DNA of 63,955 bases, the filler included, from Reclinomonas americana ATCC 50394 (lineage: Eukaryota): NCBI GenBank assembly GCA_048213135.1. It is 6 parts of 5 records of this genome, joined end to end, with 100 filler letters (N's around TTAATTAATTAA, not from the genome) between each part and the next. Parts side by side here need not be neighbours in the genome. Positions count along the whole stretch, not along the records: positions 1 to 14,608 come from PS015440.1; 5 more parts are not named here. One strand, written 5' to 3'. Numbering within the stretch: position 1 is the stretch's first letter; each line of letters opens with the position of its first letter. Shown one piece after another: positions 1-13,019 of the stretch. The notes under the pieces are model-generated. The model had not been told where the DNA came from, ran no database searches, and saw only the letters and a program-made list of their open reading frames with translations. The position numbers and the translations under genes are program-made.

Positions 1-697
1 TCCGCAGCGCACTCACGGAGCTTCGATACCTGCCATTCTCGGCCACCACCTGCACAATGCTTGCCTACACTGGGGGCGAGGATGGCGAGTTTGTGGATGC
101 TGTCGATCGCGATCCGCGCAAATGAACTCCCACATTCTTTTTGTGGCCGGGGTCACGCATTTGCAGACACTGGTCGCGTGTGAATGTGCGCACGGGGAAT
201 CCGGAGACTCATGGCAGTGCATATGCTTTCTTCATTCAAGCAGCACACCGCAGCGAGTTGTGCAAACAACAACAAATTCATTCTGAACAAACCGGCCAGC
301 TCGAACACCTTCTCATCTTACTGGAAAGCCGTGCACGTGACTGCGAGTGTGTAGTCACCAGTGACTGTGGCCACGATGACGGCGGCGGTGATGGTATCAG
401 TGACTCGGAATTATTTCGACAACACCGGGTGTGGCAAATATGGTTCTGCGAACATTTATGATGTCGCGCGGCGACGACACCTTCTTCGTGTGCCTCACCA
501 ACGCACACAGTGGCGATGCTGAGGACGTGGTGAGTGGCAGAAGGAAGAGAATAGGAAGTGTAACTCCGAGCGCACAATTGGAAATCGATACTTCCCAAAA
601 GCGGACATAAGTGCATTGATTTCAATTTTTGCTTGACTTTCGATTTTCTCATTTTCGCCAGTGCGGCGCGACGAGGTCGATTGCTGACTCGCCCGAT

Positions 698-1754
698 TCA
701 TCCAGCCAATGATTGTTTGTGTGACTCCGGCTCTGATTCACAGCGGTCACCGGCGCCGGCCGGGATATATCGATCGCGACCTGGATCCCTTGCGGCGCGA
801 CGCTGCGTGGCTTGCGTGTCGACGTCGGCGCAGCACTTGCTGACCATGCCACCAACGGAGTCGCGATCGAAGAAATTGGGGTGGCGAAGCAAAACACACA
901 CACCTCGAATTCACTTGGACGTGCAGCAAAACATGACGACAAACATAACACACATCCCGGCCAGCACCGAAGAGTAGCCGATGAACAGCGAAGAGATAAT
1001 GTCGCGTCCGCTGTCGTCCCCGCGCGGTGTCAACTTGCTGGTCACCACCCAAAACACAATGCAGCAAATGCACTCGGCAGTGACGAGAAGCATAAAGAGA
1101 CCGCGACGTCGAAACCTGGGTTCAGAGTTGTCGTAGCGACTGGCAGTGTTGCAGACGTTCATGCACGACCACAGCACGAGCGCGACAGCCAGCACCCCGT
1201 TGCCGACAGCGAGCGTGGCCACGCCTGCAATGCTGACAGTGGCGGAGCCGGCGCACACTGTGTCGTAGATCCAGCCACTGCCGGTGGTCACCCACGATGC
1301 ACACGCCATCGTCGCAGCAGTAAAGCCGCCCACACACAACACAAATCCGACCACCAGGCTCAGCCAGCTGGTGGTCACTCGGAACTGTGGACCCGAGCAG
1401 GCGCCCTGAAAGTCGCAGTCGCAGTCACAGTCGGGGCATGCAGGCTGCCTCGGTGCGCGTTCTGGAGGCGCACGCAGTGGTGCATCTGTGTGAATCATTG
1501 CGTGAGATGACACGTCACACACACACATGAGTGCGTGTGCTCGTGTGCTCACCCTCGGCGTACTCGTAGTCGTACTGCGCCTGTGGTTTGGGGGGTGGGG
1601 GAGGTGGCGACGATGGCACAGCCACTGGTGGCTGCGATCGCGCATGATGACCATCTGCTGCGCGGCCATTGGGCAGGAGGCCGTTGTAGGCCTCCGGCGA
1701 CGAGTAGTTGGAGCCGCCACTGCCGTGGTCCTCCCATGGGCCGTTCTTCACCAT
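698..1754 (-). CDS. Hypothetical multi-pass membrane protein (spliced)
   Basis: ATG at 1754 (MVKNGPWEDH...). After an intron there is a Cys-rich segment and 4-5 hydrophobic stretches (WLSLVVGFVLCVGGF..., LFMLLVTAECICCIVFWVV...). A 75-nt GT-AG intron at 840-914 removes the apparent TGA at 911 and extends the frame to the stop at 698. Confidence 0.55.
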
Positions 1755-2015
1755 GCTCGTCACACTCACACAGAGAGCAAGAGAGTAGGGAAGAGCAGGT
1801 GATTGCAGGACACCTGCCAACATTCATGACCTATTGTTGTTGTCTCTCCGTGGCTCGTCCACTCAGTGCGCAGGTTGTAGGTGGCGAATGGATTATTGCA
1901 TCCGCCGCGCAGCGATCAAGATGTGATGCGGCATAGTTCATGAGTGCACTGTGACACTTCCGTGTTTCATTGTCGTCGGCATTTTTCCGAAGCCATCCAT
2001 GCATGACACGCACAC

Positions 2016-4156
2016 TCAGTACAAGTCAGGCAGCTTCCACCACTGCGACGGGTCGTTGAGACGCATCTGGAACTCGATGCTGAGGCGGACGAGTTGTTAA
2101 CGCGACACACTTAAAGAGGACGTGCAATGGTAGTTGCCGAACACACCCCGACACCTTGTCCATGTCTTCGTCGGTGACCTTGTCGAGGATCTGCAGGGTG
2201 CCATGCAGATTGGCGTCGATGCGTCCTGGTACCACCGACTGCGAGAGCACCAACGATGAGTGGCACGGAACTGCAGGGCAGCTTGCGGAGATGCACACAC
2301 CTTGGGAAGCACGCTCGTGCCACGCTTCAGTCCCCACGCCTGTTATGCATGCGTGTGATTATCAGGTGGCGTGCTCATGTCAAGAAAGGAGGCACATACG
2401 CACCAGAGCAATTTGTGCCGGGCCAGTGTCGTACTTTTTGGCGAGCTCCAGCAGGATGGAGTCGTCGAGGACGTGACTCGGAGCCACCTTGGGTCTGCGC
2501 GCGTGGCGATTAGCAAAGCGGTGAGCGAATTCGTGAACAGCACGCCATCACACGCGACTTCATGTCGGGACTGCCACCCTGTTCCANNNNNNNNNNNNNN
2601 NNNNNNNNNNNNNNNNNNNNNNNNNNNNNNNNNNNNNNNNNNNNNNNNNNNNNNNNNNNNNNNNNNNNNNNNNNNNNNNNNNNNNNNNNNNNNNNNNNNN
2701 NNNNNNNNNNNNNNNNNNNNNNNNNNNNNNNNNNNNNNNNNNNNNNNNNNNNNNNNNNNNNNNNNNNNNNNNNNNNNNNNNNNNNNNNNNNNNNNNNNNN
2801 NNNNNNNNNNNNNNNNNNNNNNNNNNNNNNNNNNNNNNNNNNNNNNNNNNNNNNNNNNNNNNNNNNNNNNNNNNNNNNNNNNNNNNNNNNNNNNNNNNNN
2901 NNNNNNNNNNNNNNNNNNNNNNNNNNNNNNNNNNNNNNNNNNNNNNNNNNNNNNNNNNNNNNNNNNNNNNNNNNNNNNNNNNNNNNNNNNNNNNNNNNNN
3001 NNNNNNNNNNNNNNNNNNNNNNNNNNNNNNNNNNNNNNNNNNNNNNNNNNNNNNNNNNNNNNNNNNNNNNNNNNNNNNNNNNNNNNNNNNNNNNNNNNNN
3101 NNNNNNNNNNNNNNNNNNNNNNNNNNNNNNNNNNNNNNNNNNNNNNNNNNNNNNNNNNNNNNNNNNNNNNNNNNNNNNNNNNNNNNNNNNNNNNNNNNNN
3201 NNNNNNNNNNNNNNNNNNNNNNNNNNNNNNNNNNNNNNNNNNNNNNNNNNNNNNNNNNNNNNNNNNNNNNNNNNNNNNNNNNNNNNNNNNNNNNNNNNNN
3301 NNNNNNNNNNNNNNNNNNNNNNNNNNNNNNNNNNNNNNNNNNNNNNNNNNNNNNNNNNNNNNNNNNNNNNNNNNNNNNNNNNNNNNNNNNNNNNNNNGTC
3401 CACATCGATGCCCTTGCCATCCTGCGCATACGCACTCGATGTGAGAACGAATCGCGATGGCTATGTGCGCGACGCAGTCGACATTTGCTGCACCTCCCGC
3501 ATGGGAAACAGCACCGGGTTGTGAATGTCGCTGACAGTCGGCCAGTGTGCCAAGTCGGTGCCCGTCGGCAATCTTGCCAACCCGTAAAGGGTCAGCAGCC
3601 GAGCAAGATCGGCCACAAGAGACAGAAAGAGAGACACACCTGAACGCCGGATACAAGTGCACGAGCAGCAGATCCACATAGTCGACACGCAGGCGCTCGA
3701 GCGACCCCAACACCGCCTCGCGCACATGCTCCGGTCGCCGCACAGTGCTCCACAGCTTCGTAGTGATCCACACCTGTTCACGAGTCACCTTGCCGTCCTT
3801 CTCACCACCAAGGAACTCCTCCAGTGCCACTCCCACCTCCTGCTCGTTGCAGTAGATTTGCGCCTGCAGATCCTGATGTTAAAGATTCGCTTCTGCATTG
3901 CGCTCTTCTCCGCCCCCTCGTCACGCAACACAATCAATGTGGCGATACCCACTCTCCAGTGCACACCGCACTGCGCTCTCTGTCTCTCCACCAGTCTGCG
4001 ATTTCCATGTGCCTGCATGCAACAACAATGCACGCATTGTGAGAACGTGCACAGTGTGTGCGTGCGTGCGTGCGTGCAAGACAAAAAGAAGGCACCGTAG
4101 CCAATGCCCGGCATGCGAGCACCAGAGGCAAGCGTGAAGGTGTGATCGGCGTTCAT
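2016..4156 (-). CDS. Aldo-keto reductase (middle lost in N-gap)
   Basis: Spliced motifs MPGIGYGTW, GYRHIDCAQIYCNEQEVG, REQVWITTKLW, LERLRVDYVDLLLVH and C-terminal RIDANL...EDMDKVSGIEFQMR are typical of AKRs. Introns are GT-AG. Confidence 0.9.
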
Positions 4157-4203
4157 TGAGAGACAACAGAGAGGCTGTCCTGCAGTCACACTTCGTCTTT
4201 GAA

Positions 4204-5235
4204 ATGGCCGGGCGCAGTGCACTCGACCTGCTTGAGCTCGAAGACGATGAGGTGTGTCTCTGTGCATGCGCGTGCGTGCATTGTCTGCTCACTCTCTCTA
4301 TATAGCGTGAGCCAGCGACCAAGAGACAGCGCACTGCTCGTGAGGAGGACTACGATGACGAGGAGGATGAGATGGCGGATGATGAGGATGAGGATGAGGA
4401 AGAGGTGCTTTGCCTGCTCCATATGTAAGAGAGGCCGTGCATTTGTTGAACCACTGTGTGTGTGCGCAGGGTCGTGGTGCGGGAGGTGTCGATGATGAAG
4501 AGGACGACTTCCTCCCGAGTGCGCTTGGTCCGTCGCGCTCGTCACAGGCCTCGGCGAGCGACTCAACAGCAGCCGCAGGAGGCGGAGGAGGAGGTGCAAG
4601 GTCAGTGAACACTCACATTGCAGTCACTGCAGGTGACTGATTGCNNNNNNNNNNNNNNNNNNNNTGTGCTGTGCTGCTCAGTGGTGCTGGTGGGGGAGGG
4701 TCGGACTCTGGCTCCGGCTCCGAGGACGAGGAGGAGAAGCGGCGAGAGCGTGTGCGTCGTCGGCGAATGAGAAAGGAGGCGTCGCGAGTGGGAGATGCCA
4801 GTCGAGTGGCGGCCGAGGCGGCGCGCAAGGCGGCGGTGACCGAACGCAGTCGTCTGTTGTCGCTAATGGACGCGGAGCAGCAGGATCGATACGAGAGCTT
4901 CTACCAGTCCAAGTTCGACCGTGGCACGGTGCGGCAGCTGATTCAGGGGTCGTTGAACACCAAGTCCAAGCTCAGCAACACCGTGCTGGCCATTATCGGC
5001 GGCTGCTCCAAGGTGTTGGTGGGCGAGCTGATTGAGGAAGGTGCGGTGTGCTTGCTGCGTTGTTGGTCCTTGATCGTGCCGCTCAACACTTGTGTGTGTG
5101 TGTGCGTGTGCAGCACTGGCGGTGCAGGGCCGGTGGAATGCCGTGGGCCCCCTGGAACCGGCACACATTCGCGAGGCGATTCGACGGCTGCGGCGGAAAC
5201 CCAACTCGCCGTTTGCCAGCAAGTATGCGCATTGA
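4204..5235 (+). CDS. TAF11: TFIID subunit TAF11 (acidic N-terminus plus histone fold)
   Basis: Spliced EQQDRYESFYQSKF...IIGGCSKVLVGELIEE|ALAVQ...GPLEPAHIREAIRRL matches the TAF11 (TAFII28) histone-fold signature. Confidence 0.85.
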
Positions 5236-5348
5236 AAAACGAGGGACTCTCCGTCTCGTCATTCTTTCTTTCTTTTTGCATCTACACTTGAGAAGAAAAA
5301 ACAAGCCACACGAAGGAGAACGCGAGAACGGGGGGAACGGGAGACCGC

Positions 5349-8300
5349 TCACTCGCGCCCACCGCCGCCAATGCTCAGCACACCGGCAGCAATGAGCTTC
5401 TGCAACCGTCCCTGGACCACGGGGTTTGACAGATGCGTGCGCGCGGCCTGTGGGTCGGTCTGGATCTGATCCAGCACCTGCTTCATCGCGGGGTCGGTCA
5501 GGATGTTTTGGATCTCCGGATCCTCCTGTGCTCGTCTGCGAGTACATTTGTCAACAAACATGGCCACGCACGCCCACATGGAATGAAGTACACACCTCAC
5601 GCGCTCTGGATCTGGCTTGCCCTGGTTCATCGAAATGGCCGTCGAGACGCGCGCCAAGCCCTCCTGAGCCTCGGCATTTTCGGGNNNNNNNNNNNNNNNN
5701 NNNNNNNNNNNNNNNNNNNNNNNNNNNNNNNNNNNNNNNNNNNNNNNNNNNNNNNNNNNNNNNNNNNNNNNNNNNNNNNNNNNNNNNNNNNNNNNNNNNN
5801 NNNNNNNNNNNNNNNNNNNNNNNNNNNNNNNNNNNNNNNNNNNNNNNNNNNNNNNNNNNNNNNNNNNNNNNNNNNNNNNNNNNNNNNNNNNNNNNNNNNN
5901 NNNNNNNNNNNNNNNNNNNNNNNNNNNNNNNNNNNNNNNNNNNNNNNNNNNNNNNNNNNNNNNNNNNNNNNNNNNNNNNNNNNNNNNNNNNNNNNNNNNN
6001 NNNNNNNNNNNNNNNNNNNNNNNNNNNNNNNNNNNNNNNNNNNNNNNNNNNNNNNNNNNNNNNNNNNNNNNNNNNNNNNNNNNNNNNNNNNNNNNNNNNN
6101 NNNNNNNNNNNNNNNNNNNNNNNNNNNNNNNNNNNNNNNNNNNNNNNNNNNNNNNNNNNNNNNNNNNNNNNNNNNNNNNNNNNNNNNNNNNNNNNNNNNN
6201 NNNNNNNNNNNNNNNNNNNNNNNNNNNNNNNNNNNNNNNNNNNNNNNNNNNNNNNNNNNNNNNNNNNNNNNNNNNNNNNNNNNNNNNNNNNNNNNNNNNN
6301 NNNNNNNNNNNNNNNNNNNNNNNNNNNNNNNNNNNNNNNNNNNNNNNNNNNNNNNNNNNNNNNNNNNNNNNNNNNNNNNNNNNNNNNNNNNNNNNNNNNN
6401 NNNNNNNNNNNNNNNNNNNNNNNNNNNNNNNNNNNNNNNNNNNNNNNNNNNNNNNNNNNNNNNNNNNAATGTGAGCCACACTCGCAAGGGTGATCATGAA
6501 TGAAATGCAGCAAGCGTACCTCGGGGTACTTTTGCTCCTGGAAGAACTGGTTGCCCTTGGTGCGGTGCTCCATGCTCAGTGCCGGGTTCTGGTACGCCTC
6601 CTCCTTTCTCTTTCGCATGTCGCGCTCCAACTGCACACCTCCATACAAATGAGCTTCGCAAAAACAACACAGTAGACACAAAATAGAATAAGCGTACGCA
6701 ACAGCGGTCTTGCGGTTGAGCACTTCGCGATCGCGGTGCTCAATCAGACTCTGCTCGTAGGCCTTGACGGCGTCCTCGTCACGTCCAAGCTTGGCCAGCG
6801 CGTTGCCCATGCGGAAGTAGGCCCTGCCGCGGGAAAGAAAAGCCATGAGCTGATGACGATAGGCTCAGCAAAAACAAAATAAACGCAACTTGGCAATGAG
6901 CTTAAAGTCGGCGAGCACACTTCGGCCCTTCTGCACCGCCTCCTCGCACTCCAGAATGCACTTCTCGTAGTCCTCCATGCCAAAGTACGCCGACGCCGCA
7001 TTCAGACGGTACACGACATTCTCCGGGTCGAGGTCCGCGGCCTCACGGTAGAGTGCCAGCGCCGCCTCGAAGCTCTTTTGCTTGTACAGCTCGTTGCCGT
7101 CCTCCTTGAGCCTTTCCGCACGCTGGCACGCCACAAGTACCAGGTTAGCCCAAGCAATGGAAGAGAGTAAGAGTAAGAGAGAGCAAGAGACACACCTGTC
7201 GGCGATCGCGCTTCTCCAATTCCTCGGGTGACAAGTCCTCTGGCTCCGGCTCTGGTTCCGGCGCCTTGGCCGCCTCCTTCTGTTGATCAACAGTCGTTTC
7301 AGTATCAAAACGCACGACAGAGGTACGTGCACTTCACGAACCTTGGGAGGAGCACTGGACGACGACGAGGACGACGACGACGCACCGCCACCATTCGGCA
7401 TAGGCGGCTCATCGGCAAACATAAACTGGTCGCCAGCCATCAACGTGAGCACCGCCTGCAGGATACGCTGATCCGACATGTGCTGCTTGAGGTTGGAGGG
7501 ATCGCGCTGCACGTCCTCCAGCTTGCGCACAAAGTCCGGCTGCGCCATGAGATGCGCCAGACGCGGATTTGACGCAATCCTCTGCTTGAGATTCGGATCG
7601 GAGAAGATCGACGACAGTTCCGCCAGTGGATTGCCAGCCGGTCCCGGTCCGTTCGACAGACGCGCCAGTGAGTCACGCAGACCCGTCTGCATCGCAGCGT
7701 TGTCCGGGTCCAATTGCAGTCCGCGCTCATACGCCTCCTTTGCGTCCGCAATGCGCCCGAGTCCATACAGCGCATCGGCCTTACGATGCCATCCGCGTGC
7801 CCAATCCGGCTTCACCGAGGTCACATGATCAGCATCCACAAGTGCCTCCTCGTACCTGAATGATGATGATTGCGTCAGAGAGTGACATCACTTATCGTCC
7901 GGCCTCTCTTCCCCGCGCGCTCTGCTCACACACACTCTCTACATGCGCGTGTGCAGTACACGAGTGATGCCTCTCTCTGTGTGTGTACGCGTGCAAGAGT
8001 GTGCGTGCGTGCGTGTGTGCATGCGCAAACACGCACACACGCGTCACTCCCTTTTTTTGTGAGCACGCAACTTGTGCAGGTTGAGGTAAGAGGCAGCGCG
8101 ATTGGAGTAGAACACGTGGTTGCTGTTGTCGAGCTCAATGGCCTTGGAGAAGAGCTCAGCGGCCTCGGCGTACTGTTTCGCAGAGAAGGCCTCGTTGCCG
8201 CGTGCTTTGAAGTCGTCAGCAGACTGTGAGCAAAGAGAGAGGGGAAGAGTCAGTCAGAGGAATCCTCTGTCGACAAAGCCTCCATGTGCGTGCGCACCAT
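5349..8300 (-). CDS. STI1: Hsp70/Hsp90-organizing protein STI1/HOP
   Basis: TPR1 (KARGNEAFS...NHVFYSNRAA, KPDWARGWHRKA), DP1, TPR2A (KEDGNELYK), TPR2B (TKGNQFF) and DP2 (DPEIQNILTDPAMKQVL...IAAGVL). The first coding exon is the ATG alone (8298-8300). Part of the gene lies in an N-gap. Confidence 0.95.
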
Positions 8301-8360
8301 GTGTAAAAGTAATTGCGAATCCCGGCGGTTTCCGGCAGCACTTCGCGACAACTGTTTCAT

Positions 8361-9532
8361 TCATTCATCGTCACCAAGCAGCTCGGCTTGCATGTCTTCC
8401 TCTTCTCCTTCCTCTCCTTCTTCTTCTTCCTCTTTTTCGATTACCGCGGCAGCCGCGGCGGGTTCCTGCGCATCGCCGCCCAGCATTGAACGATACAGCG
8501 GCTGCCATGTGTTGCACGACAAGTTGAGTGTGTAGGGGAAGTGGAGCGACGACGAAGAGCACGCAACTCGCACAGGACGGCCATTGCCACTGCCTGTCGA
8601 CGACCGATGGTGCTGACGCGACGATCCAAAGCCTCCGCCTCGATGCCACTTCCCGTCGCCATTCGCCGGCTCGGGCGAGAACAAGTCGTGTTTCCAGCGA
8701 CCGGCGGTGGCATCGGATCGCGCACGTGAGGAGCCCTCTGCGCTGCCGCGGTACGGGTCGAACCGCCCACCCGACAAGCGCTCTGCAGCAGCATAAGAAC
8801 ACACATTCACTTGGTCGCTGGTGTGTGCATTGTTTTAGAACCTCCACCGTACTGCCGACCGCCTCGCGACGCCATTGCCCCATCGCCAGGATACCGTCGC
8901 TGCTCACGCCGAGCACCCTCGCGCTCCATTTGCTGCATGCATACACGTCAGCTCTCACTCACTCACTCGACCAGCAGCACTCAACGAACCAGCGCAAAGA
9001 TCTCCTTTTGCGACGCGCCCATGGCCACGCGCTCCGCAATCTCCTCGTCGACCTGCTCACGCGCAGTCAACCAGCACGCACTTTGCCTGTACACCTACAG
9101 CACATACTCACAGAAGGCGACTTGCGTGTTGTCGACGAGCGTCCATCACTGCGTCGATGCCGGTACTCGTCGGGCAACGACGACGATCGCGGACGCCCTC
9201 TGTGCACACACACACACACACAGACGAGTGTTTGACACTATGTAGACCCCTTGCTCTCTCTCGCGCTGGAAACGCACTGGTGACGCGGTGGAGAAGGCGA
9301 GCGCGGATGACGATGCGGATACCGCCGCTGTCTACGGTCGAAATCGGGTGTGCTGGGCCCGTGTGCGTGACTGCGCGGGAGAGGAGGCGGGAGAGGTGGC
9401 GAGAGAGCACGTGACTCGTGGCGGTGATGATGGCGAGCAGGAGAGCTGCATGTGTGAGAGAAGGCGGACAAGTGAGTGCAAGCAGTGAGTGTGTGAGTCT
9501 GGGCATGTCCACCTGCGTCGTCGGTGGTCCAT
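8361..9532 (-). CDS. Low-complexity Arg/Pro/Gly-rich protein with a W-x-H-D motif (possibly RNA-associated)
   Basis: A frame-consistent five-exon model gives MDHRRRSSPARH...VDEEIAERVAMG...GGRFDPYR...GRWKHDLF and an acidic tail. Function is inferred only weakly. Confidence 0.5.
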
Positions 9533-9625
9533 CTTTGTGCGTGAAACACACTGTCGCGCGCGCTCTTGGCTCGCTTTAATGACAACGAGCTGATGGACAA
9601 CTAAGCTGATGTCCTGTGTGTGCTC

Positions 9626-11992
9626 TCATGCCTCGAAGGTGACGTTGAAGCTGCGCTTGACGAGGGAGCGATCGGGTGTGTAGTCGCCGGGTGCCACTGG
9701 TGCTCGGTTGCGCATCTCTCGTTCTCGTGGTGCGAAGCGGTCCTCCTGCGTTCATTGACACAAGGATTAGGCGAGGCAAGTTGCAATGGAACATTCGCTG
9801 GGGGGACGCAACTGTTGAGAGGAAGGTGTTGGGCTTGGTTGAGGAGACCTTGGGTATGGGTTGTGGCTCGTATGCGCCCGGTCCGGGTACAGCAGCTGCA
9901 CGGGAGTGAGAATGGCTGCGAGAGGGAGACAACTGTCGTGTCGCGGCGTACCCTTTGCCGAGTCCTTCGAGAAACGAGGTGCCGAGGCCGCGAATGCGTG
10001 ATTGTGTGTGAGTTCCCTGCGCGGCTTGGTGTCAAACGTGCCCGGCAGATCGTAGGCTCCCGGTGGTGGGGCCGCTGTGCGATCACCGCGCGTCAGCACA
10101 CAGCGCCAGACAACTCGGCACTCGAGACAAACACACAAACCATCTGGCTTGGCGGCAACCGGGTCGCGATGAGAGCGTGACGCGAATACAGCAGAGCGCT
10201 TGTCGCTTCGTCGCCGTGTGACTGGATCGATCTTGACAGGTGGGTCATACGAGGCCGGTCCCGGCTGCGTCACCACCTCGGCTGCAGGTCCTCGGAAGCG
10301 CGCTGTGGTCGACCCAAACACGCCAAAGCGACCCACCGCCTGTCGCGGTGCACTCATTGACATGCGAGGCTGCAGCAAGCACACGCCAAGGGTGAGCGCG
10401 GGATGGAAGGAGACAGCGAGAGACACCGACAACAACAAACCGCCATGCCATCCGTGTACTGTCCAGGTCCGGGAGCATCGCTGGGGCGATACACAAAACG
10501 TTGCGCAGCAGTGTCGAAGCCGGGGCGATTCTGTGACAACAGAAGAATGACATTGAGCGATGGCGGTGGGGGCGAAGAAGATGATGATGTGGACGGGGAC
10601 TGACCCTTGGTGGCGACAGGCCCGGAATGAGGTCGGCGTACGGCGCCATGTCCTTGGGCATCTTGATGGTGGTCGGCAGGTCGTACGCTCCCGGGCCGGG
10701 AATGTCGCGCACTTGTGAGCTGGCGCCCGGCAGGCGTTCCGAGTTGCTGCCAAAGTTCTGGAATGGTTGCGGCACAAACGAGCGGCGAATGGACGACTGA
10801 TAGTCGTAATCGCCTGGACCCGGCAGCTGCAAGCATCATCATGGCGACGTGGTGAGAGGGATGCAAAGAGAGGTGCAAGTCAGCCATCACACAGACGCAC
10901 CGCATTCTTCTGTCCCACCCAGTCGGTGCGCTTGGAGCCGGATGCAAACGCCGCGTGTGGACGATAGTTGACGGAAATGTTTTTCCGCAAATCCTTACTG
11001 GGATCGTATTCACCAGGGCCCGGCGTATGCGTCGCCACACCCGCCGTCTTGATCAGATCCGGCCGTGTGGTGGTCTTGGAAAAATCAGGCGCCGTTCGCG
11101 CATGCTTCACCGCATTCACCGCGTGCGCCGTATCATACTCGCCGGGTCCCACCGTGTCCACACCACGCCCTGCATGCCCCACCGTCGGCGGCTTCTGCAT
11201 CACCAGCTCACCACCCACACCTTCCTCGTAGCCATACGATTGCGATCGTGCGGGAATCGACGGTGCCGTGGCCACTGTGCGCGCACACGTGAGCACGTGT
11301 GGATCGACATGAGGAGTGGCTTGAGCAAGCGGCTGACCTTGCACCCAGTTGATCGCTGCACCGCCTGGTCTCCCTGCTCTCCCGCCTTGTGCGCTTGCCG
11401 TCGGCGCCGAGTGCGGCTTCTTCGGGTCGACCCACGGCTGCGACAAGTCATACGATCCCGGTCCTGCACAACAACCATGAGCCTCCTTCTTCCACTCTTT
11501 CTCTCACACACTTCTCTCTCTCTCTCTGCGCACCTGGTGTCCGCGACGGCTTGATCACATCGCGCGGCACCGCCGAGGAGAACACCGCCGAGGTCTGCAG
11601 ACCACTGCCACTTCCGCCCTTCTTCCCGCTCGCGTCAATCGTCAAATCGCGAGTGTACGCGCCCGGACCCGGAGTAAACGTGCTGCCCTCCATAAACCCA
11701 CGTCGTGTGGTGCTCGTGAACGGTGCCTGACTGAGAGAGAGAGAGTGAGTAGAAGATTGATTTCTCCTTTCCTTCTTTCTGCTCTTTCGCTTCTTCTTCT
11801 TCTTCTCGTGCTGTTGCTGCTTGTCTTGCTTCTGCTCGTGCTCCTCCTGCTCGTGCGTCTTCTCACTAAGAGTGAAGGAGTGAGACGCAACGCATGCTTC
11901 ACTTGATGATCCTTGGGCATCTCATAGGCGCCCGGACCAGGCGCGTGCACCTGTTGCGCATTGAACCGCTCAGAGCGCGTCGTGAACGCCAT
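9626..11992 (-). CDS. SHIPPO/ODF3-STPG2-like PGPG-repeat axonemal protein
   Basis: More than 10 PGPG(A/E/D/Q)Y repeats (PGPGAYE, PGPGEYD, PGPGDYD, PGPGQY), F-x-S-x-x-x-RF spacers and C-terminal KRSFNVTF. Confidence 0.85.
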
Positions 11993-12116
11993 GGCACTGC
12001 TGTAAAAAAGCAAACAAGCAAACGCACGGGGACATTACTCGCACTGTCCACTGTCCCACCCCACATCACACACTCCGCGCCTGCTGCTGAGACTCCGTGC
12101 ACACACACGCAAAAGA

Positions 12117-12693
12117 ATGTCTTTCCTGTACCGCTTGGCGGCCTCGTCTGGCCTGACAATGAGCAACTCTGCGCGAGTGACGCTGATGGTGTCGTCGGCG
12201 TCGCATGGCGCGACGGGCATGGCCTCGGTGGCACTGCCTCGAGTGATGCAGCAGCGTGCGTTTGGCAGTGGTGCTGCATCAGCAGCGGCACCAGCAGGCG
12301 CGTCGGGGCTGGACCCGAAGGAGGTGCAGGAGCGAGTGATTGAGGTGCGTGTGTGACTTTTGCTTCACGTACTCTCACGCGCGTGTTGACGCTCATTACT
12401 TGCGTGTGTGTTATTGCGCAGGTGGTTCGCAAGTTTGACAAGGTCGACCCCGCAAAGGTGACACCGACAAGCCACTTTGCGAATGATCTCGGTCTGGATT
12501 CACTCGATGCTGTGGAGGTATGACGTCTCTTGTGTCTCTGGCACTGTCTCTTCCGCTCGCTCACTCGCCGGCGCAGGTTGTGATGGCGTTTGAGGACGAG
12601 TTCGCGATTGAGATTCCTGACGCTGACGCGGAACGGATTCAGTCGGTCGCCGATGCCATCAAGTACGTCTCCGCCAACTCGGCCTCCAAGTGA
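12117..12693 (+). CDS. ACP: Mitochondrial acyl carrier protein (NDUFAB1-like)
   Basis: Transit-peptide-like N-terminus, then spliced [47 protein letters not shown] with the DSL phosphopantetheine site. Two GT-AG introns. Confidence 0.95.
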
Positions 12694-13019
12694 GGAGGAC
12701 TCGCGCCCCCACTTTCCTCAGCGTGCGGCTTCGTGCGATTTGTGCCCAGACTGTGCACTGCATTCGTTTCCGTCTCTTCTGTCTGTTCTCTCTCGCTGTT
12801 CTCTTGTTGCTTTGTATCTCTCTATTTTCTGTGCCTCTCTCTCTCTCTTGACATGCATGCATGCCTACCCTGCCTGCGGGCAGAGAAACAACACACACCG
12901 TAGGCGTTGACTTGTGTGCGCGAGAGAGGGAGAGGTGCAAGAACAGAGAGAAGATTGGAGAGAGGGAGAGGGAGGGAGAGTGAGGGGAGGAGAGGGTGAC
13001 ATGAATGTGGAGTGTAGAC

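Noticed and set aside
1..697. Possible gene end or short ORFs at the window start
   Set aside because: No recognisable motif or consistent exon structure could be supported.
911..913. In-frame TGA followed by a further 70 open codons, suggesting stop-codon reassignment or read-through
   Set aside because: A typical 75-nt GT-AG intron (840-914) removes it, and TGA is a normal terminator in ACP, PEPCK, TAF11 and STI1.
2070..2155. Possible non-canonical CAA acceptor in the last AKR intron
   Set aside because: A canonical GG|GTGTGT...CTCAG|C junction gives a sensible EDMDKVSGIEFQMR.
8886..8896. GTATCCTG (minus) and other GTATCC words at ~3655, ~7465 and 15422 as extra U12 donors
   Set aside because: They lie within coding frames or inside an ordinary intron, and lack the TCCTT extension and a TCCTTRAC branch site.
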